A DNA stretch of 64,000 nt from Promethearchaeota archaeon (GCA_016839555.1 JAEOUA010000007.1:32001-96000); one strand, 5' to 3'. Positions 10,732 to 21,549 are shown, counted from the first letter of the stretch. Notes: generated by a model from the letters alone, not told the origin. A program made the numbers and translations.

Positions 10732-12030
10732 TTAACTTATTTTTTTTAGTGGAGTGATAACTTTCTTTCCGTTCATATACTTTCTAAGAACCTTGGGAAT
10801 TGTTATTGAGTGATCATGATTTTGAAAATTCTCAATAAGAGAACAGATTGTCCTTTCTGTTGCGATGGCCGTTGAATTAAGGGTATGAACGTTTTCTTTT
10901 TCTTCTGTTACTCCGACTTTGCCCATTCTAATTTTAAGTTTTCTTGCTTGATAATCTAGGCAATTACTACATGATACTAATTCTCTATAAGTATTAGAAG
11001 CAGGAAACCAAGCTTCTAAATCATATTTCTTAGCAGCATTATCATTTAGCTCTCCAGACGCAATACTCACAATTCGGTAGGGAATTTCTAATTTTTTATA
11101 TAATTCTTCAGCATTTTGAATGAGTTCTTCATGGAATTTCCAAGAATTCTCCGGCTTACAGAATACATATTGTTCAACTTTTTCAAATTGATGAACTCTA
11201 AAAATTCCCAGCGTATCTTTTCCATGAGAACCTGCCTCTCTCCTAAAACATGAAGATATACCGGCATATTTAAGCGGTAAGTTATCAGGATCTATAATTT
11301 CATCATAATGATAAGCAGCTAAAGTTTGCTCGGAAGTGGCAATCATATATAAATCCTCGTCTTGAATTTTATATAACTGCTCTTCAAAATCGGTAAGTTC
11401 TGCAGCAGCTTTAATTATTTCATATTTCACAAAAAAGGGAGTCCACATTGGAAGATATCCTTTATTTTCCAAAAAATCTATAGCAAATCTCATTAATGCC
11501 AAATTTAATAGAGCCAAGTCCCCCTTCAAATAATAAAAACGAGAACCCACCACCTCTGATGCCTTTAAAACATCTGCTCCATTGATTAGTTCAATTAAGT
11601 CCACATGTGATACCGGTTTAAATTTAAAATCTGCAGTTTCTCCAACTAACCTGATGATCTGGTTTTCTTCCTCCGTTTCTCCTATGGGAACAGATTCATG
11701 AACAATATTTCCTACAATGTATCTATATTCTTCCCTTTGTTGGAGAAATTTTTCCGCTTCTTGCTCTAACTCTTCTATCTCTTCTTTAATTTTGGTTGAT
11801 TGTTCGATCGCCTTACTAGCTTCTTTTTCTTTACCCGCCTTTTTATATTTTCCTATATGGCGAGAAATTTCATTACGCTTTCTTCTGGCCTCTTCTAATT
11901 GTTGTAAGGCATCACGCCATTTTATATCATATTCTAATACTTTTTTGGCATTATTGGGGTCTTTGAATCGCTTTTCTTCAGAGGCGATTATTTTCTCCAA
12001 ATTGTTTCGAAATAATTCAATATCAAGCAA
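10732..12030 (-). CDS. serS: Serine--tRNA ligase
   Basis: N-terminal coiled coil, ATSEQ, FRREAGSHGKDTLGIFRVHQFEKVEQ, ELVSCSNC, HTLNST. Confidence 0.97.
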   Translation of the reverse strand: MLDIELFRNNLEKIIASEEKRFKDPNNAKKVLEYDIKWRDALQQLEEARRKRNEISRHIGKYKKAGKEKEASKAIEQSTKIKEEIEELEQEAEKFLQQREEYRYIVGNIVHESVPIGETEEENQIIRLVGETADFKFKPVSHVDLIELINGADVLKASEVVGSRFYYLKGDLALLNLALMRFAIDFLENKGYLPMWTPFFVKYEIIKAAAELTDFEEQLYKIQDEDLYMIATSEQTLAAYHYDEIIDPDNLPLKYAGISSCFRREAGSHGKDTLGIFRVHQFEKVEQYVFCKPENSWKFHEELIQNAEELYKKLEIPYRIVSIASGELNDNAAKKYDLEAWFPASNTYRELVSCSNCLDYQARKLKIRMGKVGVTEEKENVHTLNSTAIATERTICSLIENFQNHDHSITIPKVLRKYMNGKKVITPLKKIS

Positions 12031-12380
12031 AATTAGTTCCCTTCCATGATAAATTAATTAGATCTTATATATAGATACAATCAATTGTTAATGAAATTAA
12101 TGATTTAACATAAAAAAAGTCTTATATCATATTATATTAGGCTTATTCTTTCTTAGCGTTTATACTACTCATTCTATGAAACAATTTTTGAATTATTGGA
12201 CAGAAAAACCTTAAAAAATAAGTAAAAATAATTACTATTTATCTCTTACTTATTTGAAGGTGAGAATAAATGGTGTCTAACTTTGAGCATAATTTAAGTT
12301 ACTATAGAATAAATAGTATGCAAGATTATGAGAATTATTGATAAAAAAATATATAATATAAAATAAAAATAATAAAAATT

Positions 12381-12971
12381 ATGGCTTTTATTAATGCAAA
12401 ATTAGAAACTCTGGTAAGGTACCTAGGTATGGTATTTCTGCTTATTGCCATTCCATTCACTATTATCTCAGATTATATATTAATGAATAACTCTTTCATA
12501 TTCCTCTTATATGTTATTAGCTTCTTTTTATGGCTACTTTTTTTCATACTTTTAAAATTTGAAATAGATTTAATTACTGATAATGAAATAATCCTCCAAA
12601 AACTATTATTAATCTTTACTTGTATTATGGGTATTGTTTCAATTCTTCTTATTATTTTTTTAATGGAATTGAGATTTTTGATTTTATATCTCATTCAGAC
12701 AATTTCAATAATAATGCTTATCTATTGCTGGAACTTCTCATTATCAATTTTTAAAAGAAAAAAGTACATATTTATTCTCTCGGGAGTTGTTTATCTTCTC
12801 CTTACTCTTGTTTTTGATATCCCATCTCTTAATATTAATAAGATTTCTGATATATTTGTTTTTGAGAATTTTTTTAGAATCGTCTCAGTTCTTTTAACTT
12901 TAATAGGACTAATCTTTATAATTTTAGGAGAATTAAGAATGAAGAAAAAAGGATTATTAAACTATATTTAA
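12381..12971 (+). CDS. Hypothetical membrane protein
   Basis: About six hydrophobic helices, basic C-terminus. Confidence 0.65.
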   Translation: MAFINAKLETLVRYLGMVFLLIAIPFTIISDYILMNNSFIFLLYVISFFLWLLFFILLKFEIDLITDNEIILQKLLLIFTCIMGIVSILLIIFLMELRFLILYLIQTISIIMLIYCWNFSLSIFKRKKYIFILSGVVYLLLTLVFDIPSLNINKISDIFVFENFFRIVSVLLTLIGLIFIILGELRMKKKGLLNYI

Positions 12972-13035
12972 CAATTGTAATTATTAAAATTCAAAAAAAA
13001 TATAGAAATAAAAAAAATAATTAAAAAAATTTAAG

Positions 13036-13575
13036 GTGATTTATATCAAACTTGAAGATCTTAAAAATCTAAAGGTTCCTAAGGTAATGATAAAGAAAAT
13101 ACTCCCACCGAAAAAAGCAGTTTCCACAGTAGATACTTCTGGCGATGGAAAAGCGGATAGTATTAAAATATCCTTTCTCAATTTATTAATGCCTTTCACG
13201 ATTCCCTCTCAAGAAGATTTGGGAGATATTGATGTCGACGAGATTGATCCTTCCGAATATGGTACAATATTATTGAACGGGGAAAAAATTGATATTTCTA
13301 AGGGAGCGGCAAATACAGAATTAATTAAGAAAAGTTTACAGGTTCATCATAAAGGAGAATCATTCACTTTTTATGACGCAATCGGAGGTAAGATGGGAGG
13401 CAGAACTATAGCAATGGGAGATGAGATCATAATTGTGTTCAAACTAGAGGATACCCTCTTGGAAAAATTAACCGAAGGAAAACATACCATTGGAATCGAA
13501 TCTGAAAAATTCCCAAATATTGAATTCGGGTTTGAATTAACAGATAAGAATATGAACCAACCGTTCAATCCCTAA
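13036..13575 (+). CDS. Hypothetical protein; start uncertain because the GTG lies inside the GGTGA RBS
   Basis: 179-aa ORF with a DTSGDGKAD Ca-binding-like loop. Confidence 0.6.
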   Translation: MIYIKLEDLKNLKVPKVMIKKILPPKKAVSTVDTSGDGKADSIKISFLNLLMPFTIPSQEDLGDIDVDEIDPSEYGTILLNGEKIDISKGAANTELIKKSLQVHHKGESFTFYDAIGGKMGGRTIAMGDEIIIVFKLEDTLLEKLTEGKHTIGIESEKFPNIEFGFELTDKNMNQPFNP

Positions 13576-13754
13576 AGAATTGCAAATATTAATCTTTCTT
13601 AATGGTTTTAAAATTTCTTAATAGTTATAAAACTCTCCAATAATTTTATGGGAGTATAAAAATTTTAAAAAAATAGATTAAAAAAAATAATTGAGAGAAA
13701 TTTCCAGTGAAAAAAAATTTAGATCTTTAAGATGCGATTCAGAAATATGTGTTT

Positions 13755-14051
13755 TCAGAATTCCTCTTCTTCTAGCTCGTCTTTGAGCAACCCAGCCTGT
13801 TTGAGAAGATCTTCCACACTATCTCTTGCTTTAATGACTTGCTCATTCTCGTTTAACTTCAGACTCTCTAACACCGAGTCAGAGAATTCCAAAAATTTCT
13901 TAATGGATTGACTTGAAAAATCTTTTACTTTTTCTTGGGTATCTTCAATGAATTCTTTACCTTGTTCTCCAAAAATATTTTCGGCCAAATTTACGACAGC
14001 ATTATTTAACTGATCAAGTATATTCTTCTTCTCTTCTTGTTCTTCACTCAT
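13755..14051 (-). CDS. Hypothetical acidic helical protein
   Basis: 98-aa ORF with coding-like composition. Confidence 0.65.
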   Translation of the reverse strand: MSEEQEEKKNILDQLNNAVVNLAENIFGEQGKEFIEDTQEKVKDFSSQSIKKFLEFSDSVLESLKLNENEQVIKARDSVEDLLKQAGLLKDELEEEEF

Positions 14052-14269
14052 TTTACATCGTTTTATTAAAAATAATTTGATTGTTTGTAGAAAAATATTA
14101 GCTATTTATAATTATTTTTCCAATTTTTACTCATATTTCTTATATTATTTTCCCGTTATAAAATTTTAAAAAATAAAAGTAAGAAACAAAAAATCTTCTA
14201 TTAAAAGAGTAAATTTATAAAAATGAGAGTCTTTAAAAATTAATTAAATGAAAATACTTGGTTTTATCG

Positions 14270-14827
14270 TTATTTATTTATTAAATCAGAAAATTTTTTA
14301 CCGAAACCTGTAATTCTGTCCCAATCTCTCAGATCATTTTTATCATTCGGCTTTATATTAGGATCTTCCTTTGCTGCCATCATTAGCATTTTTTTGGAGA
14401 AACCGCCTAATTTCGAATCTTCCGTAAGATCTAAGACCCCTCCAAATGCTTCCAGCATACCAGCATTAATATTATAAGGTTCTATAACCTTTTTAATATA
14501 GTTATTCTTCGCTTGTTCTCGTTTTTCGGGGTTTCCCCCATCACCACAACTCACAAACACGCCTAACATGTTTTCTTTTGATTTTAATTCATCAGCATAT
14601 TTTTTAACAAATTTACGAGCATTTTTAGTCCATTTTCCAATTTGGATGCCGGATCCTAATAAAATTCCATCAAATTCATCTAAGGAAGGTATATCACTTT
14701 TTTTTGATGTTTCTAAATTAATAAGTTGTGTCTCTATATCATTATCCTCTAAAACTTTTGCCAATTCTTGAGAAATCTCCTCGGTGCTTCCATACCGCGT
14801 TCCGTATAATATTAAGACTTTTTTCAT
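14270..14827 (-). CDS. Flavodoxin-domain protein (HemG-like)
   Basis: LILYGTRYGSTEEI, FGG, DLRDWDRI. Confidence 0.85.
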   Translation of the reverse strand: MKKVLILYGTRYGSTEEISQELAKVLEDNDIETQLINLETSKKSDIPSLDEFDGILLGSGIQIGKWTKNARKFVKKYADELKSKENMLGVFVSCGDGGNPEKREQAKNNYIKKVIEPYNINAGMLEAFGGVLDLTEDSKLGGFSKKMLMMAAKEDPNIKPNDKNDLRDWDRITGFGKKFSDLINK

Positions 14828-15049
14828 AATTAATTATCACTTATATATTTTTTATTTTTAATAGTTGTTAAGTGGATTTAAATTCACACCTTTTTGCTTA
14901 TAAATATTAAGGTTTGAATTGATTCTATTATTTAAAATAAAAAAAACAGAAAAAAACTCTAAGAAATAAATTACTTAAATTTAAAAGCGAAGATTTAATT
15001 AAATTTAATAAGAAAAATCTCTATCTTTTTACAAGAATATAGATTTTTG

Positions 15050-15123
15050 GTAGTGAAGTATGGCTTGAATGGGTAATTCCGACTAGAGCAAGTCTAGTAA
15101 GAATACTATTCAGTTTTCACTAC
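15050..15123 (+). other. Long intergenic stem-loop, candidate structured RNA
   Basis: Nested pairings gtagtgaa/ttcactac, tgaatgg/ctattca and actaga/tctagt. Confidence 0.5.
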
Positions 15124-15261
15124 TTATTTACTAATTGTGTTGTTCTCCTTTTAATCTTATTATTAGACCCTTAATAATCTAGGCATTCATTAATAAAAAA
15201 AAAGGAAATTTTTAATATCAATTAGTTTTTTTAAATGAGAATAAATTAGTTAATAAAATTT

Positions 15262-16680
15262 CTAATTAAAACTTGGTCTTTTATCTTGCCAAGGTTGCAG
15301 ATCTTCAAAAGCTTTTGAAACTCGAAGTACAGTTATTTCATCGAGTCTTTTTCCCACGATCTGCATTCCTATGGGTAATCCATTATTTGTCCAGCCACAT
15401 GGAATTGATGCTGCAGGATTCCAAGTCATATTAAAAGGATAACAAAAGCTCATCAATCCTGTAATTGGAGAAGATTTACCCGCAACTTCTGAGGGATATG
15501 GGATTCCTAACTCTATGGCGGGAATTGGTGTTGTCGGAGTAATTAAAATGTCGTATTTTTTAAAGTATTGGGTAAAAACATTGTCAATTTCTTTTGCATA
15601 TGATTCTGCTTGTATTAAATCAAAAGTATTGAACATCGTTCCAGCATCTATCATTTTAACAAGTTCTGGTGCCATTTTTTCCCTCCATTGTTTTATAAGT
15701 GGTTTATAATCATAATCCATGGAAGTAGCTACAATAATTGAAAATGCATATAAGGCTTTTTTCACCTTAATTTTAACCTTTTCAATTGTAGAACACCACT
15801 CAAATTCTTGAAATTTCTGAATTGCATCTAAAATAAATTTTTCAACTTCATTATCACATGCCTTTACATTCAAATCTAATGAGTAACCAATTTTCAGTTT
15901 TTTTGGTTCATCTTCAAGAGCCTTTAAGAAATTAGGTTTTTTTTGCGGTATAGAATACTTATCTGCAAGATCTGGTCCAGCCATAGCATCCAGCATCAGA
16001 GCGGCATCCTTTACATATCTTGTTAAGGGACCATAATGAGATAGTGTTGAAAAGGCCATTTTTTTAGAAATTCTGGGAATTCTTCCAAAGGTAGGTTTCA
16101 AACCATAAACTCCACAGAGGCTAGCTGGAATTCTAATAGATCCGCCACCATCAGAACCTAAAGCTAATGGTCCCATTCCTGTCGCTACAGCTACAGCGGC
16201 GCCACCGCTTGATCCTCCACAAGTTCTTTTTAAATCCCATGGATTAAGAGTTTCTCCAAAAATGTAATTATCTGTAGCAGTTTTGTGGCCATCTTCAGGC
16301 GTATTCGTCTTTCCAAGTATCACACACCCTGCGTCTTTTAATCTCTTCACTACAATCTCATCTACTTCAGGAACATAATTTTCGTAAATCAAACTGCCAT
16401 AAGTTGTCCTAATTCCCTTGGTTTCAATAAGATCTTTAATAGAAATGGGAATACCTTGTAATGAACCTAATTTTTCGCCTTTTTTAATAGCATCATCAGA
16501 TTGTTTTGCCATTTCTCTGGCCAACTCAAAGGTAGGAGTACAATATGCGTTTACTATAGGGTTAATTTTTTCAATTCGCTCAATAATCGTTTCTGTTACC
16601 TCAACGGAGGTCAATTCTTGATTTTTAATTTTTTCTGCCATATCATAAGCAGAAATATAGTATATTTCTTCTTTATTCAA
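15262..16680 (-). CDS. Amidase signature family enzyme
   Basis: [29 protein letters not shown]. Confidence 0.92.
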   Translation of the reverse strand: MNKEEIYYISAYDMAEKIKNQELTSVEVTETIIERIEKINPIVNAYCTPTFELAREMAKQSDDAIKKGEKLGSLQGIPISIKDLIETKGIRTTYGSLIYENYVPEVDEIVVKRLKDAGCVILGKTNTPEDGHKTATDNYIFGETLNPWDLKRTCGGSSGGAAVAVATGMGPLALGSDGGGSIRIPASLCGVYGLKPTFGRIPRISKKMAFSTLSHYGPLTRYVKDAALMLDAMAGPDLADKYSIPQKKPNFLKALEDEPKKLKIGYSLDLNVKACDNEVEKFILDAIQKFQEFEWCSTIEKVKIKVKKALYAFSIIVATSMDYDYKPLIKQWREKMAPELVKMIDAGTMFNTFDLIQAESYAKEIDNVFTQYFKKYDILITPTTPIPAIELGIPYPSEVAGKSSPITGLMSFCYPFNMTWNPAASIPCGWTNNGLPIGMQIVGKRLDEITVLRVSKAFEDLQPWQDKRPSFN

Positions 16681-16823
16681 ATTTATCGGCTCATTAAATT
16701 AAATTTCTTGCAATAGAATATGTAACTTAAAATTTAAATCATTTCACAGAACAAATATAAAAATTAAATTAAGAAATCTGAAGTTTGTTAATAATGAAAA
16801 AAAGAAAAGAAATTTTTGGGTAC

Positions 16824-18284
16824 TTATTTCTCGATATCGAGTATATCTTTTACTAAGTTTTTTTTCTCTTCAAGATCTGCTTGTCGAGAGATCATAATTC
16901 TCTGGGTTTGAGGAGAACCGGCCCCATGCATTGATTCTGTCCTATAGCTTACAGAGGCAACCCCCATCGTTAGATTTTCTATAAATCTCAAGATCTTATA
17001 TCTATCTTCTGTGGGGGTTTCAGGAGAAGTTTTTAAGTATTTTTTTAATAATGGACCCACCTCATTTGATCGGAAATCGGCTTCAGAAGGCAAGGTGCAT
17101 ATTAATCCTCCAGCGATATCTTCCGCCAAACGTGCGATTTCGTAAGGAAATCGGGTGACATTTTGTTTACATACATTCGCCAATAACATATCCATTTCAT
17201 AATTTCCCGCTTCACGCTGAAATCCTAACGCACTACAAGCGATTCCAGAGCTAAAAAGAGTTTCATTTAAATGTATCATTTCTACGAGTTTATCTCGTAT
17301 ATGAGATGCACGATCTACTCCATGATATTGTGCTGATAATGCTGCAGCACCTATTAATATATCTCCTACACCTACTTTACATCCCCCATATGATTGTCGA
17401 TGAAATCCTGCGAATCGATTAACCAATGCTCGAGAGAATTCTATTTCACCATTCATAAAAATATTTTCTTTAGGAATAAACACATTATCAAAAATTACAA
17501 AGATCTCTTGCCCGCCATATTTGAAGTTTCCAATATCTAATTTTCCCTCTTCCATTTTACGGGTATCAGATGTTTGTCTTCCATAAATGAGCGTAATTCC
17601 CTCTGCATTCGTATCAACTCCGCAACTTATGGCATATTCCTCTTCCCCATCTTGTAATGTAAGGGTGGGCATGATAATTGCTCTATGAGAGTTTAAAAAT
17701 CCCGTTTGATGAATTTTCGCACCCTTTATTATCACTCCGTCTTCATTCTCATCAACCACATGTAAGTATGCGTCAGGATCTTCTTGATCCTTAGGTCTAT
17801 TACGACGATCGCCTTTTGTGTCCGTCATTGCGCCACCGACCATTAAATCTTGATCTTGAACTTCGATCCAGTATTTTTTAAATCTTTCATGATAATTGGT
17901 GCCATATTTCTTATCTATTTCATAGGTCACGCTATAGAGTGCATTAGCAGTATCAAGTCCAACACATCTCTGAAAACAACATCCGGTTTTTTGTCCTAAT
18001 AATCTTTGCATCTGCACCTTCTTGATAAGATCATCTACAGACTGATGAATGTGAGTAAATCTATTTATTGTATTCCCTGTTAAATGCGATCGGGCGGTCA
18101 TTAAATCTTTATATTCGTCTATTTGCGCCAATTCATAAATTTTCATTACGGTATTAATAGAAGGACGTATAATGGGATGATTCCAAAACTCAGTTACTTT
18201 TTCCCCAAACATATAGAGATTAATTGGTCGCTTGATGCTTTCTAAATATTCTTGAACAGTTTTTAAAGGCATTTTTAATAACAA
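16824..18284 (-). CDS. abfD: 4-hydroxybutyryl-CoA dehydratase/vinylacetyl-CoA isomerase
   Basis: CFQRCVGLD, FHRQSYGGCKVGVGD, ESMHGAGSP. Confidence 0.9.
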   Translation of the reverse strand: MLLKMPLKTVQEYLESIKRPINLYMFGEKVTEFWNHPIIRPSINTVMKIYELAQIDEYKDLMTARSHLTGNTINRFTHIHQSVDDLIKKVQMQRLLGQKTGCCFQRCVGLDTANALYSVTYEIDKKYGTNYHERFKKYWIEVQDQDLMVGGAMTDTKGDRRNRPKDQEDPDAYLHVVDENEDGVIIKGAKIHQTGFLNSHRAIIMPTLTLQDGEEEYAISCGVDTNAEGITLIYGRQTSDTRKMEEGKLDIGNFKYGGQEIFVIFDNVFIPKENIFMNGEIEFSRALVNRFAGFHRQSYGGCKVGVGDILIGAAALSAQYHGVDRASHIRDKLVEMIHLNETLFSSGIACSALGFQREAGNYEMDMLLANVCKQNVTRFPYEIARLAEDIAGGLICTLPSEADFRSNEVGPLLKKYLKTSPETPTEDRYKILRFIENLTMGVASVSYRTESMHGAGSPQTQRIMISRQADLEEKKNLVKDILDIEK

Positions 18285-18368
18285 CTCCTACTTTAATTAA
18301 AAAGAAAACTAAGGATTAAAATTTATTATGATTATTAATAATTATATCAGCGATTTTAATTGTTTTTA

Positions 18369-18436
18369 AAATTATTTTTATTTGATATTCAAATTATATT
18401 TGATTTTTCCCAATCTTTTAACTTCTCTTTTGGATA
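18369..18436. repeat. Direct repeat, copy 1: duplicate of the CaiB gene 3' end
   Basis: 62/68 nt identical to 20309-20376. Confidence 0.85.
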
Positions 18437-18549
18437 CTATACAGAAAAAGATTTATGAAAACATTTTTAAGATTAAGGATAATTTTAATAAATTCTTGAT
18501 TTACTAAATAGAAATAAAATTTATTAAGTAATTTAATTATTTACTAAAT

Positions 18550-18804
18550 ATGAATATTGAAAAAATAATTAGAGAAAAACCTGTTAAAGTGACCAATAAT
18601 GGAATGATTACAATCCCTGCGGTATTTAGAAGAAAATATAACTTAAATGATGGGGATAAGGTTTTGGTTTTAGAAGATGAAGGAGTGTTGAAAATAATCC
18701 CCATTAGGAGTGATAAAGAATTGCGTAAAAATTCATATAGTAGGGAAGATATGAAAGATTTATCAAAAAAAATAAAACAAGAAGAACTTAAGAGGGAGAA
18801 ATAA
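18550..18804 (+). CDS. AbrB/MazE/SpoVT-type antitoxin
   Basis: VKVTNNGMITIPAVFRRKYNLNDGDKV. Confidence 0.88.
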   Translation: MNIEKIIREKPVKVTNNGMITIPAVFRRKYNLNDGDKVLVLEDEGVLKIIPIRSDKELRKNSYSREDMKDLSKKIKQEELKREK

Positions 18805-19218
18805 TTGAAAAATGTTTGTTGTATAGACACAGGTATCATTACCCAGTTTTATTCAAAAAATCCTCCTGAAGAAATACTGGAATTGATGAGGGATGTAAAA
18901 AAGAAAAAAATTGAGAGTTTTTTCCCTTATCCAATCCTAATTGAAGCTTATTACTATATTTGCAGACTATTGGGTAATATAGCTGCAGAAATAAGAATTG
19001 CATCTTTTATAAATAACTATCCTGTTAAATTAGTCAATTTAAATTCTTCCTTGGTCTTAAAGGCAGGAGAGTTAAAGTGTAAACATTCAAATATTCTCTC
19101 ATATAATGATTGCATAATTATTGCTTATGCTCTAAATAAAAAAATCTTTCTCCACACGACTAAGAAGAATTTACATAAGATTTTACCTACTCTTAAATTA
19201 AAAGAATATAGTTTTTAA
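18805..19218 (+). CDS. vapC: PIN-domain (VapC) toxin
   Basis: IDTG...E...LSYNDCIIIAYA; directly after the antitoxin gene. Confidence 0.85.
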   Translation: MKNVCCIDTGIITQFYSKNPPEEILELMRDVKKKKIESFFPYPILIEAYYYICRLLGNIAAEIRIASFINNYPVKLVNLNSSLVLKAGELKCKHSNILSYNDCIIIAYALNKKIFLHTTKKNLHKILPTLKLKEYSF

Positions 19219-19398
19219 AAATAATTCTATTATCCAATTACTATTATTATATTTAGTTTTATTTGGAATAGAATATAAAATTCGTTTCACAATAAAAATT
19301 TAGTTTAATCTCGTGGATAATTAAAAAGATAATGTTTAATGTATTTGATTTATATTATTTCATTTCGTTTCCACTTTTTCAAATTTTCTTTTGGATAA

Positions 19399-20148
19399 TT
19401 AAGAAGCTAATTTAAGACAAATTATTTGTTTTTTACCAAATAAATAAGTATCTAGTTGGTCTAATAAATTCCTCCCTATTAAAGCGTTAAAAGGAAAACA
19501 ATCAGCAATCGGTGCAAGAATAAATTCTGTATTAAATTTTTTATTAAATATTGTAATTTCACAGCTATACATTTTCGTTATAATAATACCAGTCGCAGTC
19601 GAGACTTTTTCCTCTCTCTTTACTTCAAAATCTTCAGAATCAAAACTATTCTTTTTTAATACACATAAAGAGGAAGCTGTATCTATGGATGATGATAATA
19701 TTTTTTCACCTAAATTAGTTTTAAAATTAATAGGGAAGATAGGATAAGAAGATTCTTCAACTTGCGCATATTTCCAACAATTTAATTCAGATAAATTAAG
19801 AAAGCAATATTCCATCTGTTTTTTTTTAGCACCATTATACTTTATCACTAAAGGTAAATCTGGAAAGTTTTTAACCGCAATTTGAGCAATTTCACTGGGA
19901 TTATCGCTAACAGCAATTATTGCCCCTCTTATGAATCCGACATATTTATTTTTTGGTATATAATCAGGAATCTTAACCTTTTGGCTTTCTTTTTCCGATA
20001 ATGATGTTTCCTGGATTTTAATTTGTTCTGTGATTAATTTGCGTATAAATTCACTCATTGATTTATTATTCTGTGATTCTGTTAAATCCTTTACTTTTTT
20101 CTTATCTTTATTATCTATATGAATATTTAAGATTGTCATATATATCAA
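19399..20148 (-). CDS. RHH-like / DUF5678-like / retropepsin-like aspartyl protease fusion
   Basis: N-terminal SMSEFIRKLI, middle NKYVGFIRGAIIAVSD, C-terminal IDTASS...LIGRNLL. Confidence 0.65.
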   Translation of the reverse strand: MIYMTILNIHIDNKDKKKVKDLTESQNNKSMSEFIRKLITEQIKIQETSLSEKESQKVKIPDYIPKNKYVGFIRGAIIAVSDNPSEIAQIAVKNFPDLPLVIKYNGAKKKQMEYCFLNLSELNCWKYAQVEESSYPIFPINFKTNLGEKILSSSIDTASSLCVLKKNSFDSEDFEVKREEKVSTATGIIITKMYSCEITIFNKKFNTEFILAPIADCFPFNALIGRNLLDQLDTYLFGKKQIICLKLAS

Positions 20149-20308
20149 AAAATTATTGAGAAATAATATTGATCATTGTGATATAAAAAGAAGATATATA
20201 TTAATATTTTGCCTAACGATTTTTATTATGTTGATTTATGAAATTTGGTTTTTTACTAACTATACGCATAATTTTGATTAGGTTATAATATTATTTGAAC
20301 AATTGTTG

Positions 20309-20376
20309 AAATTATTTTTACTTGATATTCAAATTATTTTTAATTTTTTCCATTCTTTTAACTTCTCTTTTGGGTA
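20309..20376. repeat. Direct repeat, copy 2: current 3' end of the CaiB gene
   Basis: 62/68 nt identical to 18369-18436. Confidence 0.85.
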
Positions 20377-21549
20377 TTTTAGAAGATCACAATAAATTTT
20401 TTCATTATGTTGTCCAAATGTAGGTCCTGGTGCTAATACTTCTCCAGGTGTCTCTGAAAATCGTATTAATCTATTTGGGATTGTTGCTTTTTCAACATTA
20501 TATTCGGAGAAATCAAACTGATCACATAACATCCCCCTTGCTCTTAAATTAGGATGATTATAAACCTCATACATGCTTAACGACTCTCCACATGGAATTC
20601 TCTCTGCTTCAAGAAGTTTAATTGCTTCTTTAGAGGTGTAAGATTTTGTCCATTTTTCAATAATATCATCCAATAAATCTACATAATTAAATCTCTTTAT
20701 AGGGTTAGAAAATCGAGGATCTTTTACTAATTCTGGTTTCTGGAGAATATTCTCACATAATCTTTTAAATTGCCGCTCGGTTAACGTAGTCATCACAATT
20801 AATCCATCTTTAGTATGATATTGATTATAAATTGGTAAAAATTTCACCCCTAAATCTAATTTTTTCGCCATTGGCATAAATTCTCTTGCCTGGGCTCGCA
20901 TATTAATAGCAAACATTATATCATGCATAGAAATGTCTAAAAATTGACCTTTACCAGTTTTTTCTCTATAATAAAGTGCCTGACTAATACCGATTGCTGC
21001 AACGTGACCTGCAGAGTAATCAGCTACAGGTAATTTTGGTGGTCCTTCTTTTAAATCCAACGTATCTAATATCGCTGCTTCTGCTTGAATTATAATATCG
21101 AAAGCGGTTTTCTTTGTATATCTTTCCAACCCCTCATTTCCATATCCAGATATTTTACAATAAATTAATCGAGGATTTAACTCCTTTAAAACATCATATC
21201 CAAGTCCCCATCTTTCCATTGTGCCCTTGACGAAATTCTCTACTATAATATCCGATTTTATTACAAGGTTTTTAAAGATTTCTTGTGCCTGTTGTTCCCG
21301 TAAATTTAAGGATATTGATTTTTTCCCACGGTTTAATATTGAAAATAAGGGAAAGATAGTTTTATCATACATAGAAAAGTAGCGAAAGGCTTCCCCGAAA
21401 GGAGGAGGATTTAGTATAACCACCAAATGCGGTTATATTTCTACCTTTATAACTTCCGCTCCTTGATCTGCGAAGAAAATGCTAGTCCACGGGCCACTAA
21501 TAAACTGACTACAATCTAATAATCTTATATTTTCAAAAATTTTGGGCAT
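20329..21549 (-). CDS. CaiB/BaiF (class III) CoA-transferase, interrupted by a 30-nt candidate intron; exons 21549-21439 and 21408-20329, 396 aa spliced
   Basis: Upstream ATG gives MPKIFENIRLLDCSQFISGPWTSIFFADQGAEVIKVE, which joins PPPFGEAFR...NRGKKSISLNL...DIIVENF. Confidence 0.9.
21409..21438 (-). other. Candidate 30-nt BHB-type intron in the CoA-transferase mRNA
   Basis: Hairpin tataaccgc/gtggttata containing an in-frame TAA; relaxed BHB; removal restores VIKVEPP. Confidence 0.7.

Noticed and set aside
20329-21426. ORF-track start of the CoA-transferase at TTG 21426
   Set aside because: This TTG lies inside the candidate intron; the essential CaiB N-terminus is encoded from 21549.
21433-21435. 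Stop read-through or selenocysteine/pyrrolysine recoding as the explanation for the CaiB stop
   Set aside because: The codon is TAA, and read-through would leave ten extra residues inside VIKVEPP.
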